From Lingula anatina (taxonomy: Eukaryota > Animalia > Brachiopoda): a DNA stretch of 64,000 bases. Location of the stretch: positions 42,600,401 to 42,664,400 of the forward strand of contig CM120641.1 of NCBI GenBank assembly GCA_051362555.1, given 5' to 3'. Position numbers and translations under genes: made by a program. Below the pieces are notes generated by a model, which was not told where the DNA came from, made no database searches, and worked only from the letters and a program-made list of their open reading frames with translations. Position 1 is the stretch's first letter. Every line of letters begins with the position of its first letter. Shown here piece after piece: positions 56,201-64,000 of this stretch.

Positions 56201-59200
56201 ATGTGAGCTGTTATTTCTTTTAATATGCTGTTGTTACTAGACAATGCTGCAATTAATTGCAATAATCAAACTTCTTTTAAAATTGTACCTCTGCAATTTA
56301 AAGATAAACTTGAACATAAAAAACTCAATTATTCTACCTAGTGAAGCACTTACATATTTTTGAAATAATTTTTTGAGCACTTGCCAGCTTCATAAACAGA
56401 CAGCCCACATGAATACCTAGTTTGTACTATTTATCAGTGTAAAATATTGAGTCAAATAATTTTAAGTGATTATATGCGCTTTAACACACCTGAGAATTTA
56501 AAATGCATTCAATGTAACATTACTGAACATACATGCAAGTGATTATATCATCACTATATTGGGTAATAGTGTGACCTGTGTGCGATTGTAGAAGTGGTAC
56601 AATGCACAGTGTACGGGCTATACTACATACCTTTTAACCGTGAATTCACGTCATCATTTAGCCAATTATATAAATACACCTAAAATACACGTATTCTCCA
56701 ACTATTTAAATCTTTCTCTCGATATTGACATCGATTTTAAAAACCTAGGACTTATTTTTTTTATTGAAACAACGCATGGGAATCATCTATTAAATGTGCA
56801 AGCTTCGCATGGAAATTCATTGTTTACATCGATGAGATGTAGGTCAAGTGATCACGTGACCCCTTTCCGTTGCTTTGATTGGTTTAAAGGGTAGAACGGC
56901 AGCACTTGGAACTACTCGGATGTCTCCGCACTCGACAGTCGAGGATTGCCGATTGGAACGGCAGGGCTATTCATTTTGATATTTCGGCATAAATACCATC
57001 GCAATTATCTATATGTTGGCGCATCCTACGGTTGCCGAATTTATTGTGGGTATTTTTTAACTGTTTATCTTCATGGCACCGTGAAAATTGTCTGGCCACT
57101 GGAGCTTTTCACACAATGAAACGATAGACCAGTGTAGGTAATGGACTAGAATGTTTGAAGCAAGGAAAGAGCTATGGACTGATTGTGGTATTGCTAATTA
57201 TTGAGAATGATAATAATGATCACCATATGTAGTAGTTTGTGTTGCATGCTGTCAAGGGGGGGGGTGGGGGGGGGAGAGAATGATTTAGAATTTAACAGGT
57301 TTAGGTGTAAAAGACCAAACATGAAGTTTTGAGTCATACTAAGAATATCAGGTATTTATCAACTGTTTGATTTGTCAGTCAGATATGCCCTTCAAAAAGC
57401 TACAAACAAGTTTTTGAAAAATAAAATCTTTTTGTTTATTTCTTTGTAGCTGTGGTTTACCACACCTACCAGCCTGCCACTGTTTTGGTTCATGTGTTCG
57501 ACGCCAATGACAATGCACCACAGTTTGTTTACCGCCAGCCCCCGTACCTCAAGTCCATACGTGACCCCACGGAAAGCGTGTACTATGGCGTCATCTCTTC
57601 TGCTGCACTCCCCTTCAGTCCAGTTGTACAAATCTGGGTGAGTTATAACTATGCCCAAGAAATTTGTCCAGTCTGCTCAGGAATTTACAACTTGGGCATT
57701 AGTCTTATTTATTCCATGATGTATTTCATCACTTATAATATCCATTGTCTGTGTTTGGCAAAGTGGAAAAATAAGGATGGTCTTTTTTGGCCTTATATTT
57801 CCTCTTTTGGCCTTATATTTCCTTTTTTTATAGTTATCAAACAGGAGGTCCTTTCCTTTTCATATTAATTTCCAGTTTTCATTTACATTTTTTAACATGC
57901 AGAATATGTTACATTGTATGTACAAAGCTGTCTTACAGAAATAGAGAGCTGTAAGAGTGTTTTCTTTGGAAATATCAACATTTTACCCTTAATCACCAAG
58001 GAATATCCTATTCAATACTCTTTAAAAATTTTAGATCTTTAAACCCTTTTCAAGTTCTAAATGTCTTTTTTACAGTGATAGTTACTGATAGTGATAGTTA
58101 CTCTTTTTAAGAGTGTGACTCAAAAGTTATTGACTTAGAGCCCAGAAATGGATTTATTTTGAATGCAATTTTCATCAGAAATGCAATTTTGTCAGTGGTT
58201 TAACATGTGGTGTGCCTTGGTGATTAAGGGAAAAGATGAAATTTTCAGATAATTAATTCTTCGGTTGTAGTACAATTGCATTTTTAATCACAAACAGTTA
58301 CTCAGTTTTTAATGATACAAAATGCATTTTTGACAGGCAACCGATGCTGATCTGGGCCCCAATGCCAATGTCACCTACGGCATTCCTCCTGCAAATGGTG
58401 CCCCACTTCCTTTCACCATCTCTGCACGGGACGGCCAGGTCTATACTACCAAGCACTTTGTCTATACAGAGGAGCGCAACAAGACCACTGCGGAGCCCTT
58501 CAAGCTGGAGGTGTTTGCTGAGGACAACCCCACTGATATTACGGAAACACCCAATAGAAGTGTTAATGTTGCCTGGGTAATTATAAGTTTAATTAATTCA
58601 TAATTTTACTTAGAATTTTCTGTCATTTAGCGTCATTTTCTCATTCTGAATAGAATTTTCATATCAACAAGTTATTATGCCTTAATTAAGGTAAAATAAG
58701 CTGTTGTTTGAAGTTTGCTCACTTCTGCTATTGTACAGAGTGAATATGGTGTAATATACCAAAATACCAGGTTTCTACACCTAGTCAATTTCCAGATATT
58801 TATAATACCCTTATTTTAAATTAGATCAATCTCATTTTGGATCGCCACCGCATGATAATGAGAATAGCTAAGCAGAAACCAGTCCAAGTAGCTGCTTACA
58901 AGGCTGCCATCATAGAGTAAGTGTGTAGGAAATGTGTTCAGTGCATGTAAGATATTTATATACCTAAGCAATTTATGTACACAGTCCATGAATTGTATTA
59001 AATATTTATGTCTGTGGGTTTAAAAAAAAATATTTTCCATTATATATGTAAATTTATTTATTTATTTGTATATTTATTTATTTGTTTGTTTATAAATGGT
59101 TGCAGTATCTGGCTCACAAGATAGAACATTTCTACCAGTTTGAATTTCTCAAAAATACTGCATCAGTAGCAGCTTCAGTGTAAAAGGTACATTAGTTCAG

Positions 59201-62200
59201 TAATAGTGCGGTTCTGTTTTACAGCATACTACAACAGAAGTCTGGTTATGTGATTCTTATTGAGAAGATAGAGAATGCCAATTTGCAGGTTCAAACAATC
59301 CGAAATAATGTGGAAATCAGAAGTTCTGATGAAGAGTGAGTATTCGAGTTTTTTTCTAATTTGTTTGCTTGATGTGATCTTATATGTCTGCATTGTAAGT
59401 TTTCATGTCAAATATTCAGAACAATGTCACATGTAGTTTGACAAAAATAGAAAAAGTTTTCCCTTGATTTATTAAATATATTACATGCATTTTCTGTTCT
59501 ATTCTACCTCAGTACTGACCTGTGGTTTGTGGCTGTAGATCCAACAACTAAGAAAATTGTGGAGAGGGCACAACTAGATATTGAAAGGTAATTTACATTT
59601 GTATTAATTAAGTTTTCCTATTTTTGTTCTCTACTATGTGCTAAAGCAGGTGAAAGATTTAATCGTCTTCATCTAACTTTTTGCAAGTGGAGGCCATTTC
59701 AGACCAAGTTCTATGAAGTCCATACCTTACACATTTCCTTTTGTCTCTTTATATCTTCAGGCTAGAAAAAGGCATTTTAGAATGTATTTTAATAACTTTT
59801 TATAACTTTTTTAACAAAAACAATTTTAGTATTTCAAATGTAATGCCCAACATTTTGTTTCTATAATATCTGATTATCTTTATACCTTATTCAACACCAG
59901 TAAAATCATGAACAAGGCAGCTGTTGCTGGAATTGCTAGTGCAGTGAAGGCAGGACCTGGTGTCAGAGTGGATGACATCCGTGCTCCTTACACTGGAGAG
60001 ACCAAAGGACCCACTGCAGCCGAGAGCAAGTTTGTCTACATGAACGATGGGGACATCTGGTGGCCATATTTGGTGATTGCCCTCCTCATCCTCATTCTGG
60101 CCATTGTGGGCATTATTTTGCTGTGTTGGTTCTGGTCAAGGTAAGGTCATCCTTTGGTCAGTGCTCTGGCCATCTGATTTCTGGTATGTTGGTTCATTTC
60201 AATGTGTTTGGTGAAATTGAGCTATTGTTGTCTGTATGGAAGTTTGTTCATGAGGCCCTTGCCACATAGTGCAGTATACTTATCTGTATGGCAGCTCCTT
60301 GATCGATTGACTTAATAGCCTGGCTCTTATGTAAGAAAGAGTCCCCTTTACATGTAATGACCAATATTGAAAACATAATGATACAGGCTGCATAAAATGT
60401 AAAGGGCATAAGAGATATTACACTTCTTGAATTAACAGACACTGCAAGTGCATGTGCTAACAATCAGTACCACTAAATATAGCAATGACTATTTACTTGC
60501 ATAACAACCATAAAATATGCTTATTTATGACATCATTTGCATTTATACAAAATGAGCCATTGATTCGCATCTTGCATAATACATGTTGTTGTTTTTTTTT
60601 TTTTTCTAGATACAAACGTTACATGAACAGAGAGAGCCACCTATATGTGCCTGGAGGAACTATGTACGGTGCAGAGTTTGTTGAACCACCAGCCTATATG
60701 ACTCATCCAGATGAAGAAACACAGGTAAGCATAACATTAACATCACATTATTTTCACAAGTTTTCTTGTGGAAGATAGGTGGCACAGATCACAGCAATTG
60801 GATTATGCATTACCTAGAAAGTTCAGTATTCTATTTACCTTTTCGTCTTGTGATATCACTTACTGGATGAATCAAAACATTTACGCTCTCATTATGTGAT
60901 TTTATGTGTGATATTTTCAGAGGTACCAAACTCGAAAAAGATGTCCTTGTAGAGCCTATTTTGACTTATTTAACATGTTTGTGTTATGTTATTATTAGTG
61001 TTTTTCATTATGTAATTTATTATTATATATTTTTTGGAAACCTTTGTGGTCAAGGTGTTGATTGTACTCTATCAAAGTTTAATGGTATATACTAGTACAT
61101 GTAAGTCTGCACTTTTCAGCTAACTGCATTGCCACTTGGATTAGTTGACCCCAGAAACCATTTGTCTGAAGATAAAATCTATAGATAATGCAAAAAGAAT
61201 TTTAAAACAAAAGCTAAAGACAACCATTCTCAACTCAGTAATTATATTATATTTCTTTCAGACTTAAAGACATATTAAGATGTCAAGCAATCCACATTTT
61301 GACAAGCACTTTTTAAAAAGCTTATTGATATAATCTTCTCTCACTTCTGTATGATAATGATAAATGAATGGTGACAGTCAGTATTTGTTTATTTAGAGTC
61401 TAGGGATGTATGTAGTGAATGCGGATGATGGAGATGAAGTACAAGTAGGTTTCTTTTTAATATTAACACCCATATTTTATCCCAGTATATTATTTCCTCA
61501 CAAAGCTCTATGGTATGGTCCTGGCCCCACAAGTTGTATGGACACCATGCTGTGCAGTTGGATTGATTGCTGCTAGGTTGCTGTTTATTAAATATGCTGA
61601 AAAATGCCCTGGTTCCTGCAGCATTTTTTTTTTCTTTTGAGAAAAACTTCAAGATCAAGTGGCATTTTCTATATTTACCAGGCTTTCTTCACATCATTTC
61701 GCCCTATCAAGACAAATACATTTTCGTTCTGAACCAAACATCCCTTGGTTGTTGATTGGGCATTGTAAACAAGATTTTGAATGTCTGACCAGCTGATACC
61801 TGCTTTCGGCTATTTCAACCTGCCCTTTTTCACCTCACGAAGACTCACCTTGCTTAATAATTTGCTTCCTACCCTCTCTCCCAGAGCTTTGGACTCTACC
61901 TTTCACCCCCCCCCCCCCTTCTCCCCACACACACTCTCCAGACCCCCCTGTCCCCAGCAGACCTCTCCAGAGAGCCTCTTCAACCATGTTAGTCATATTA
62001 TAGGATGCACATGTTCATGGTGCACCCACTGCAAACACACGTTATCATTGATGGTATGTACAGGCACATGCATGCATGTACCACTTATTTCTGAGTCATC
62101 ATTTTTCGAGTCGCAACATTTTCTTAAAAGCACACCATTAAAAAAAATTGCCCTGTTATATACCCTGTCACTTCCAAGCTACCCCATTGCTATGGCTCAT

Positions 62201-63888
62201 GTTAGGGGAAAAAGGAATCTTACTGTTAAATGTTTTATTTTGTATAGTGTGATTTTATAGTGTGATTGATAACATAAAATTTTCTTTACGTGTTGTATTT
62301 TTTAAAAAATCTGTACTAACTTAACATGAAATTTTGTGTATGAAATTGTGAGATTTTTTATACTGGAATACTTTGAAAAATATTTTTATTTTATATTAGA
62401 GAGAGTTATTTTTATACAACTTGTGCCAGTTACATGTAGATTATTTAGAATGACATAATTTCAGGGTGCTGCTGTGAATTTCCACGACTCTGATGTTGAG
62501 GATGAGACCAAAGTAATCAAGCTTAAATGAAACTAACACCTTTGATCATAATATATGTATACTTTTGTTTTGAAAAAGAAAGTTTCGTCGTCTAATATTA
62601 GCTGGGATTTTCTCACATATTTTTGTTTGGAAGATAGTTTTGTATGAAGGAGAAAAAAGGATTTATTTTTTGTCCAGTGTTGTTTTAATATATCTTGAAC
62701 ATTTGAAATAATTTGATCATAGCTCAAGAATATATATACAAAAGAGAAACTAAATACTTTCAGTCATCACACTTTGATTAATTTCAAGAAAAAAGAGCTG
62801 AGTAGAAAATTTTGCCATGTTTCAGAGTGTGACCATGAATGTAGGGGATCATATACAAGAAGATGAAACAAAAGTAGGATTTTTTTTCTAGAAAGAACTT
62901 TTAACCCATATAATATATTTATATATATGCATACAAACATTTATTCTGGTATTTCTTTTACATAAACAATATGGTGCATGCTGATTGTCATAGAATTGTC
63001 CGAGGATTCTGAACAGAAATATGTTTTATTACTAATAGAAAAATTCTCATCGCTAAAAAAGAATTAATGATCAATAATCTATGTAAGGATTTATTTTCAA
63101 TTCTTGTTATCTGAAAAAATCTATTTTATGAGATTGTACCACTTAGCATGAGATTTGTCATTTTTCCTCACAGTATATTTTACAGCTGAAATTCACCTAT
63201 TGACCGTTTGCCAGTTTACCTTATTTTATCAAGATTGCATGAGAGACCACAAACCTCAGAAAACTAAAACCGAGAGGGAAGTGGTAATTCCCAGTGATGC
63301 ATGGTCAAACAAATATCTTTTGATATGAGTAATTAGGAGTGATTAGTACTAGAGTTTACAAGTGCATGTGTGTAATTAACTTAATAATTTCCCTTAGTTG
63401 TATTTACTGATTGTGCATGATATAGACCCCCCTTATTATGTAGACATAAAAATTTTATGACTTCAGTCAGTGCAAGTGCTTAGCTATCATGAAATATGAG
63501 TATTTTCTCTGATATGCTTAATACATTCCTGGTTTTACTGTGGTTGCCAATGAAATATGTGACAAGTCTGAAAACCTGTCTTAAATAAATTAATATAGTA
63601 ACTATATGGGTTGAGGAAGATATTAACTTTCTTTTTCTGGAAATGGGGCACACTCATATGTCTCTTTAGTGATAATTAGAACTTTCAGATGTCAGTAGCA
63701 GATATTTAACATGCAGGACTATCACTCGTTATGGTATAGAGATACCATGAGTGCATGTGGCTTTCCAGATGCAGCCTTTAGATTGATATACAGTAAAAAA
63801 CCCTATACCATTATGATTTCTTTTACTGCAGAGTGTGACCATGGTGTTTGCTATTGTCTCTCCTGGAGATGATGAAGAAGAAACTAAA
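69..63888 (+). CDS. Giant non-classical cadherin (PCDH15/Cad99C-related C-terminus; >=53 EC repeats + membrane-adjacent domain + TM + cytoplasmic tail); partial gene, 113 predicted exons, both ends outside window
   Basis: Successive AG...GT-bounded exons join in frame with no stops. They repeatedly encode cadherin strand motifs (VxAxDxGxP, PxFxxxxY, AxDxD, Y(x)nF.I...TG.I). LDRE occurs at 52951-52962, DANDNAP at 57500-57520 and a hydrophobic TM at 60058-60135. Confidence 0.93.
6930..7102. mobile_element. Degenerate MITE-like insertion
   Basis: Ends CAGGCTGAAGGCAGGA / TCATGGCTACAGGCCT are imperfect inverted repeats, with an internal duplicated AGGTCCACT. It resembles short CAGGCCCGTAGCCAGG-type elements of marine invertebrates (recalled). 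Confidence 0.4.
7279..13521 (+). CDS. Cadherin exons 15-26 (EC array)
   Basis: Exons 7279-7404, 7730-7921, 8328-8456, 8816-9010, 9310-9438, 9880-10065, 10670-10804, 11125-11310, 11745-11882, 12329-12517, 12771-12902, 13351-13521; phase 0-0, cadherin motifs. Confidence 0.9.
9001..9095 (+). repeat. 30-bp tandem repeat x3 spanning a splice donor
   Basis: tgatactagggtgagttacacacatggcat / tgacactagggtgaggtaggcatgtggtgt / tgataccagggtgggttagacacatgacat. Confidence 0.85.
13748..13795. repeat. (AAT)n microsatellite
   Basis: Perfect AAT run just upstream of the acceptor at 13808. Confidence 0.95.
13809..20205 (+). CDS. Cadherin exons 27-38 (EC array, two-domain higher-order repeat begins)
   Basis: Exons 13809-13937, 14216-14392, 14697-14810, 15289-15474, 15924-16043, 16492-16677, 17067-17189, 17738-17923, 18311-18442, 18916-19092, 19594-19713, 20005-20205; phase 0-0. 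Confidence 0.9.
16211..16328. repeat. Intronic inverted repeat (34-bp arms, 50-bp spacer)
   Basis: TGTTGATCAGTTGTCATCCAATTATCCTCAGGTA (16211-16244) vs the reverse complement of 16295-16328, TGTTGATCAGTTGTCACCCAATTGCTCTCAGGTA. Confidence 0.85.
17233..17285. repeat. (TA)n microsatellite
   Basis: Perfect TA run in an intron. Confidence 0.95.
21447..28219 (+). CDS. Cadherin exons 39-52 (EC array)
   Basis: Exons 21447-21575, 21874-22053, 22169-22294, 22859-23044, 23338-23463, 23762-23944, 24410-24538, 24848-25018, 25502-25639, 26019-26207, 26590-26712, 27011-27196, 27573-27692, 28037-28219; phase 0-0. Confidence 0.9.
28455..35625 (+). CDS. Cadherin exons 53-66 (EC array)
   Basis: Exons 28455-28583, 28904-29083, 29322-29450, 29890-30069, 30381-30506, 30903-31079, 31356-31493, 31746-31940, 32749-32877, 33199-33381, 33758-33883, 34294-34491, 35086-35199, 35440-35625; phase 0-0. 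Confidence 0.9.
29455..29590 (+). repeat. Diverged tandem duplication (~63-bp unit, 73-bp period)
   Basis: Two copies of gtgt.ttaggtgt.aagat...gttgtgcca...tgtgttggatgtgaca.gt.ct.gatg. Confidence 0.8.
35953..44428 (+). CDS. Cadherin exons 67-84 (EC array)
   Basis: Exons 35953-36114, 36491-36673, 37178-37279, 37692-37874, 38131-38259, 38638-38814, 38949-39071, 39281-39469, 39702-39821, 40283-40465, 40849-40971, 41389-41571, 41929-42057, 42345-42527, 42764-42892, 43212-43391, 43662-43796, 44246-44428; phase 0-0. Confidence 0.9.
40081..40248. mobile_element. MITE-like insertion
   Basis: Imperfect TIRs CAGGGGTGGATCCA / TAAATCTGCCCCTG flanked by a 5-bp direct repeat GGATG; internal duplicated TGACCGTCTTCC. 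Confidence 0.65.
44957..52301 (+). CDS. Cadherin exons 85-100 (end of expanded EC array; includes two fused ~300-bp exons)
   Basis: Exons 44957-45262, 45566-45685, 45951-46136, 46371-46499, 46840-47022, 47273-47398, 47678-47872, 48273-48392, 48644-48829, 49159-49308, 49655-49837, 50099-50398, 50705-50842, 51315-51515, 51865-52005, 52171-52301 (the last ends in phase 2). Confidence 0.9.
52536..53032 (+). CDS. Penultimate EC repeat exons (Cys pair, LDRE, RKKR furin-type site)
   Basis: Exons 52536-52648 and 52895-53032 (phases 2-1, 1-1) read IGTKENVAKNRKLLHLTVRYSLLNAAVQCNIAPRDIG-NVFEIRRNFKDCELWQIGDLDREAVDFYNLTITVENVNPENSRKKR. Confidence 0.88.
53532..53891 (+). pseudogene. Frameshifted first coding exon of the transposon (transposase-associated N-terminus, tentative)
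   Basis: An ATG just inside the left TIR opens MVGCNEESEEGD...SCCMHIEE. Shifted frames then give ETLDTITRVRWETFRVAAKQWLKFGSREAA and DDLEAKPRCHFSCYRKLINKKGLSQA, ending at an AG|gtatgt donor. The HxxCY motif is recalled from Academ-type proteins. Confidence 0.5.
55621..56105 (-). mobile_element. Degenerate non-LTR retrotransposon (LINE) ORF2 C-terminal fragment nested in the DNA transposon
   Basis: Minus-strand translations KMPFEQVHLKFCKWILGLRKQASNTIFRAELGSYP and NKLRTYKTIKKYYECENYIK...LAKIRLSDHN are typical post-RT motifs of invertebrate LINEs (RTE-X-like, recalled). A possible zinc-knuckle remnant (IG/NETHCL) lies at ~54930-55070. Confidence 0.75.
57450..58576 (+). CDS. Last EC repeat exons with canonical DANDNAPQF linker
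   Basis: Exon 57450-57637 (AVVYHTYQPATVLVHVFDANDNAPQF...VVQIW) and exon 58337-58576 (ATDADLGPNANVTYGI...FKLEVFAEDNP...VNVAW). Phases match the neighbouring exons. Confidence 0.9.
58825..59587 (+). CDS. Membrane-adjacent domain (MAD/PICA-like) exons
   Basis: Exons 58825-58916, 59225-59335, 59513-59587, joined by phase-2 introns, read INLILDRHRMIMRIAKQKPVQVAAYKAAIID-ILQQKSGYVILIEKIEN...SSDED-TDLWFVAVDPTTKKIVERAQLDIE. This resembles the recalled PCDH15 MAD12 segment [21 protein letters not shown]. Confidence 0.8.
59901..60140 (+). CDS. Juxtamembrane + transmembrane exon
   Basis: Reads KIMNKAAVAG...VRVDDIRAPY...DIWWPYLVIALLILILAIVGIILLCWFWS, a single hydrophobic helix. Basic RYKRY follows in the next exon. 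Confidence 0.92.
60610..60724 (+). CDS. First cytoplasmic exon
   Basis: Poly-T/AG acceptor and CAG|gtaagc donor; (R)YKRYMNRESHLYVPGGTMYGAEFVEPPAYMTHPDEETQ. The phase-2 start matches the TM exon end. Confidence 0.88.
61397..61444 (+). CDS. Cytoplasmic microexon 1 (SLGMYVVNADDGDEVQ)
   Basis: tttag|AGT...CAA|gtaggt, 48 bp, phase 0-0. Confidence 0.75.
62465..62512 (+). CDS. Cytoplasmic microexon 2 (GAAVNFHDSDVEDETK)
   Basis: ttcag|GGT...AAA|gtaatc, 48 bp, phase 0-0. Confidence 0.72.
62826..62873 (+). CDS. Cytoplasmic microexon 3 (SVTMNVGDHIQEDETK)
   Basis: ttcag|AGT...AAA|gtagga, 48 bp, phase 0-0; shares AGTGTGACCATG with microexon 4. Confidence 0.78.
63832..63888 (+). CDS. Cytoplasmic microexon 4 (SVTMVFAIVSPGDDEEETK)
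   Basis: ttttactgcag|AGT...AAA|gtatgc, 57 bp, phase 0-0. Confidence 0.78.
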
Positions 63889-64000
63889 GTATGCCATGAA
63901 ATTGTGTTAGGTGTGATGTTGTCACAACCAGCACACTCCATTGCTGTTCTGTTTTTTCAGCTTTTTGTAGCATGTGATTGTGCGATAAGTGAAACACATT

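Larger units (their letters stand above)
53180..57140. mobile_element. Intronic TIR DNA transposon relic (~4 kb), Academ-like (tentative)
   Basis: Termini TACCTACAC (53180) / GTGTAGGTA (57140) are flanked by the direct repeat ATGG (53176-53179, 57141-57144). Long imperfect inverted blocks: 53290-53432 vs 56956-57099 and 53462-53493 vs 56854-56884. The ends are CpG-rich, unlike the host introns. Confidence 0.8.

Noticed and set aside
69-60140. Calling the gene Fat, Dachsous, CELSR or a classical cadherin
   Set aside because: There are no EGF, LamG, GAIN or 7TM domains between the last EC and the single TM. No catenin-binding motif is seen so far, and the repeat number exceeds those families. 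No gene symbol was assigned.
60921-60950. Possible microexon after ttttcag at 60920
   Set aside because: No good in-frame donor and no similarity to the other microexons.
61781-62260. 159-aa Pro/Ser-rich ORF as a cytoplasmic exon
   Set aside because: Driven by a C/T-rich low-complexity tract with poly-C. It has no convincing splice boundaries or motif.
240-63941. The many 60-180 aa ORFs in the supplied track as independent genes
   Set aside because: Plus-strand cadherin-like ORFs are exons with intronic run-on, and minus-strand ones are antisense shadows or AT-rich intron noise.

Overview
This is AT-rich, CpG-poor eukaryotic genomic DNA, most likely from a marine invertebrate (lophotrochozoan/mollusc-like; inference). 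The whole window lies inside one intron-rich + strand gene for a giant cadherin, and neither its start nor its stop is in the window. Reading GT/AG boundaries by hand gives 113 exons (69..63888) that splice into one open frame of roughly 5,800 aa. The frame encodes at least 53 cadherin (EC) repeats (the first partial), a PCDH15/Cad99C-like membrane-adjacent domain, one transmembrane helix and a cytoplasmic tail built from repeated 48-57 bp microexons. About 51 repeats use a staggered two-exon, all-phase-0 design and lack the canonical LDRE/DxNDN Ca2+ motifs (VxRNxxxPxF instead). Only the last linker is canonical, and the penultimate repeat carries an RKKR furin-type site. The largest intron (53033..57449) holds a ~4 kb TIR DNA transposon relic (4-bp TSD, Academ-like) with nested LINE fragments. 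Almost every ORF in the supplied track is either an exon with intronic run-on or spurious. Family assignments come from recalled motifs, not database searches.
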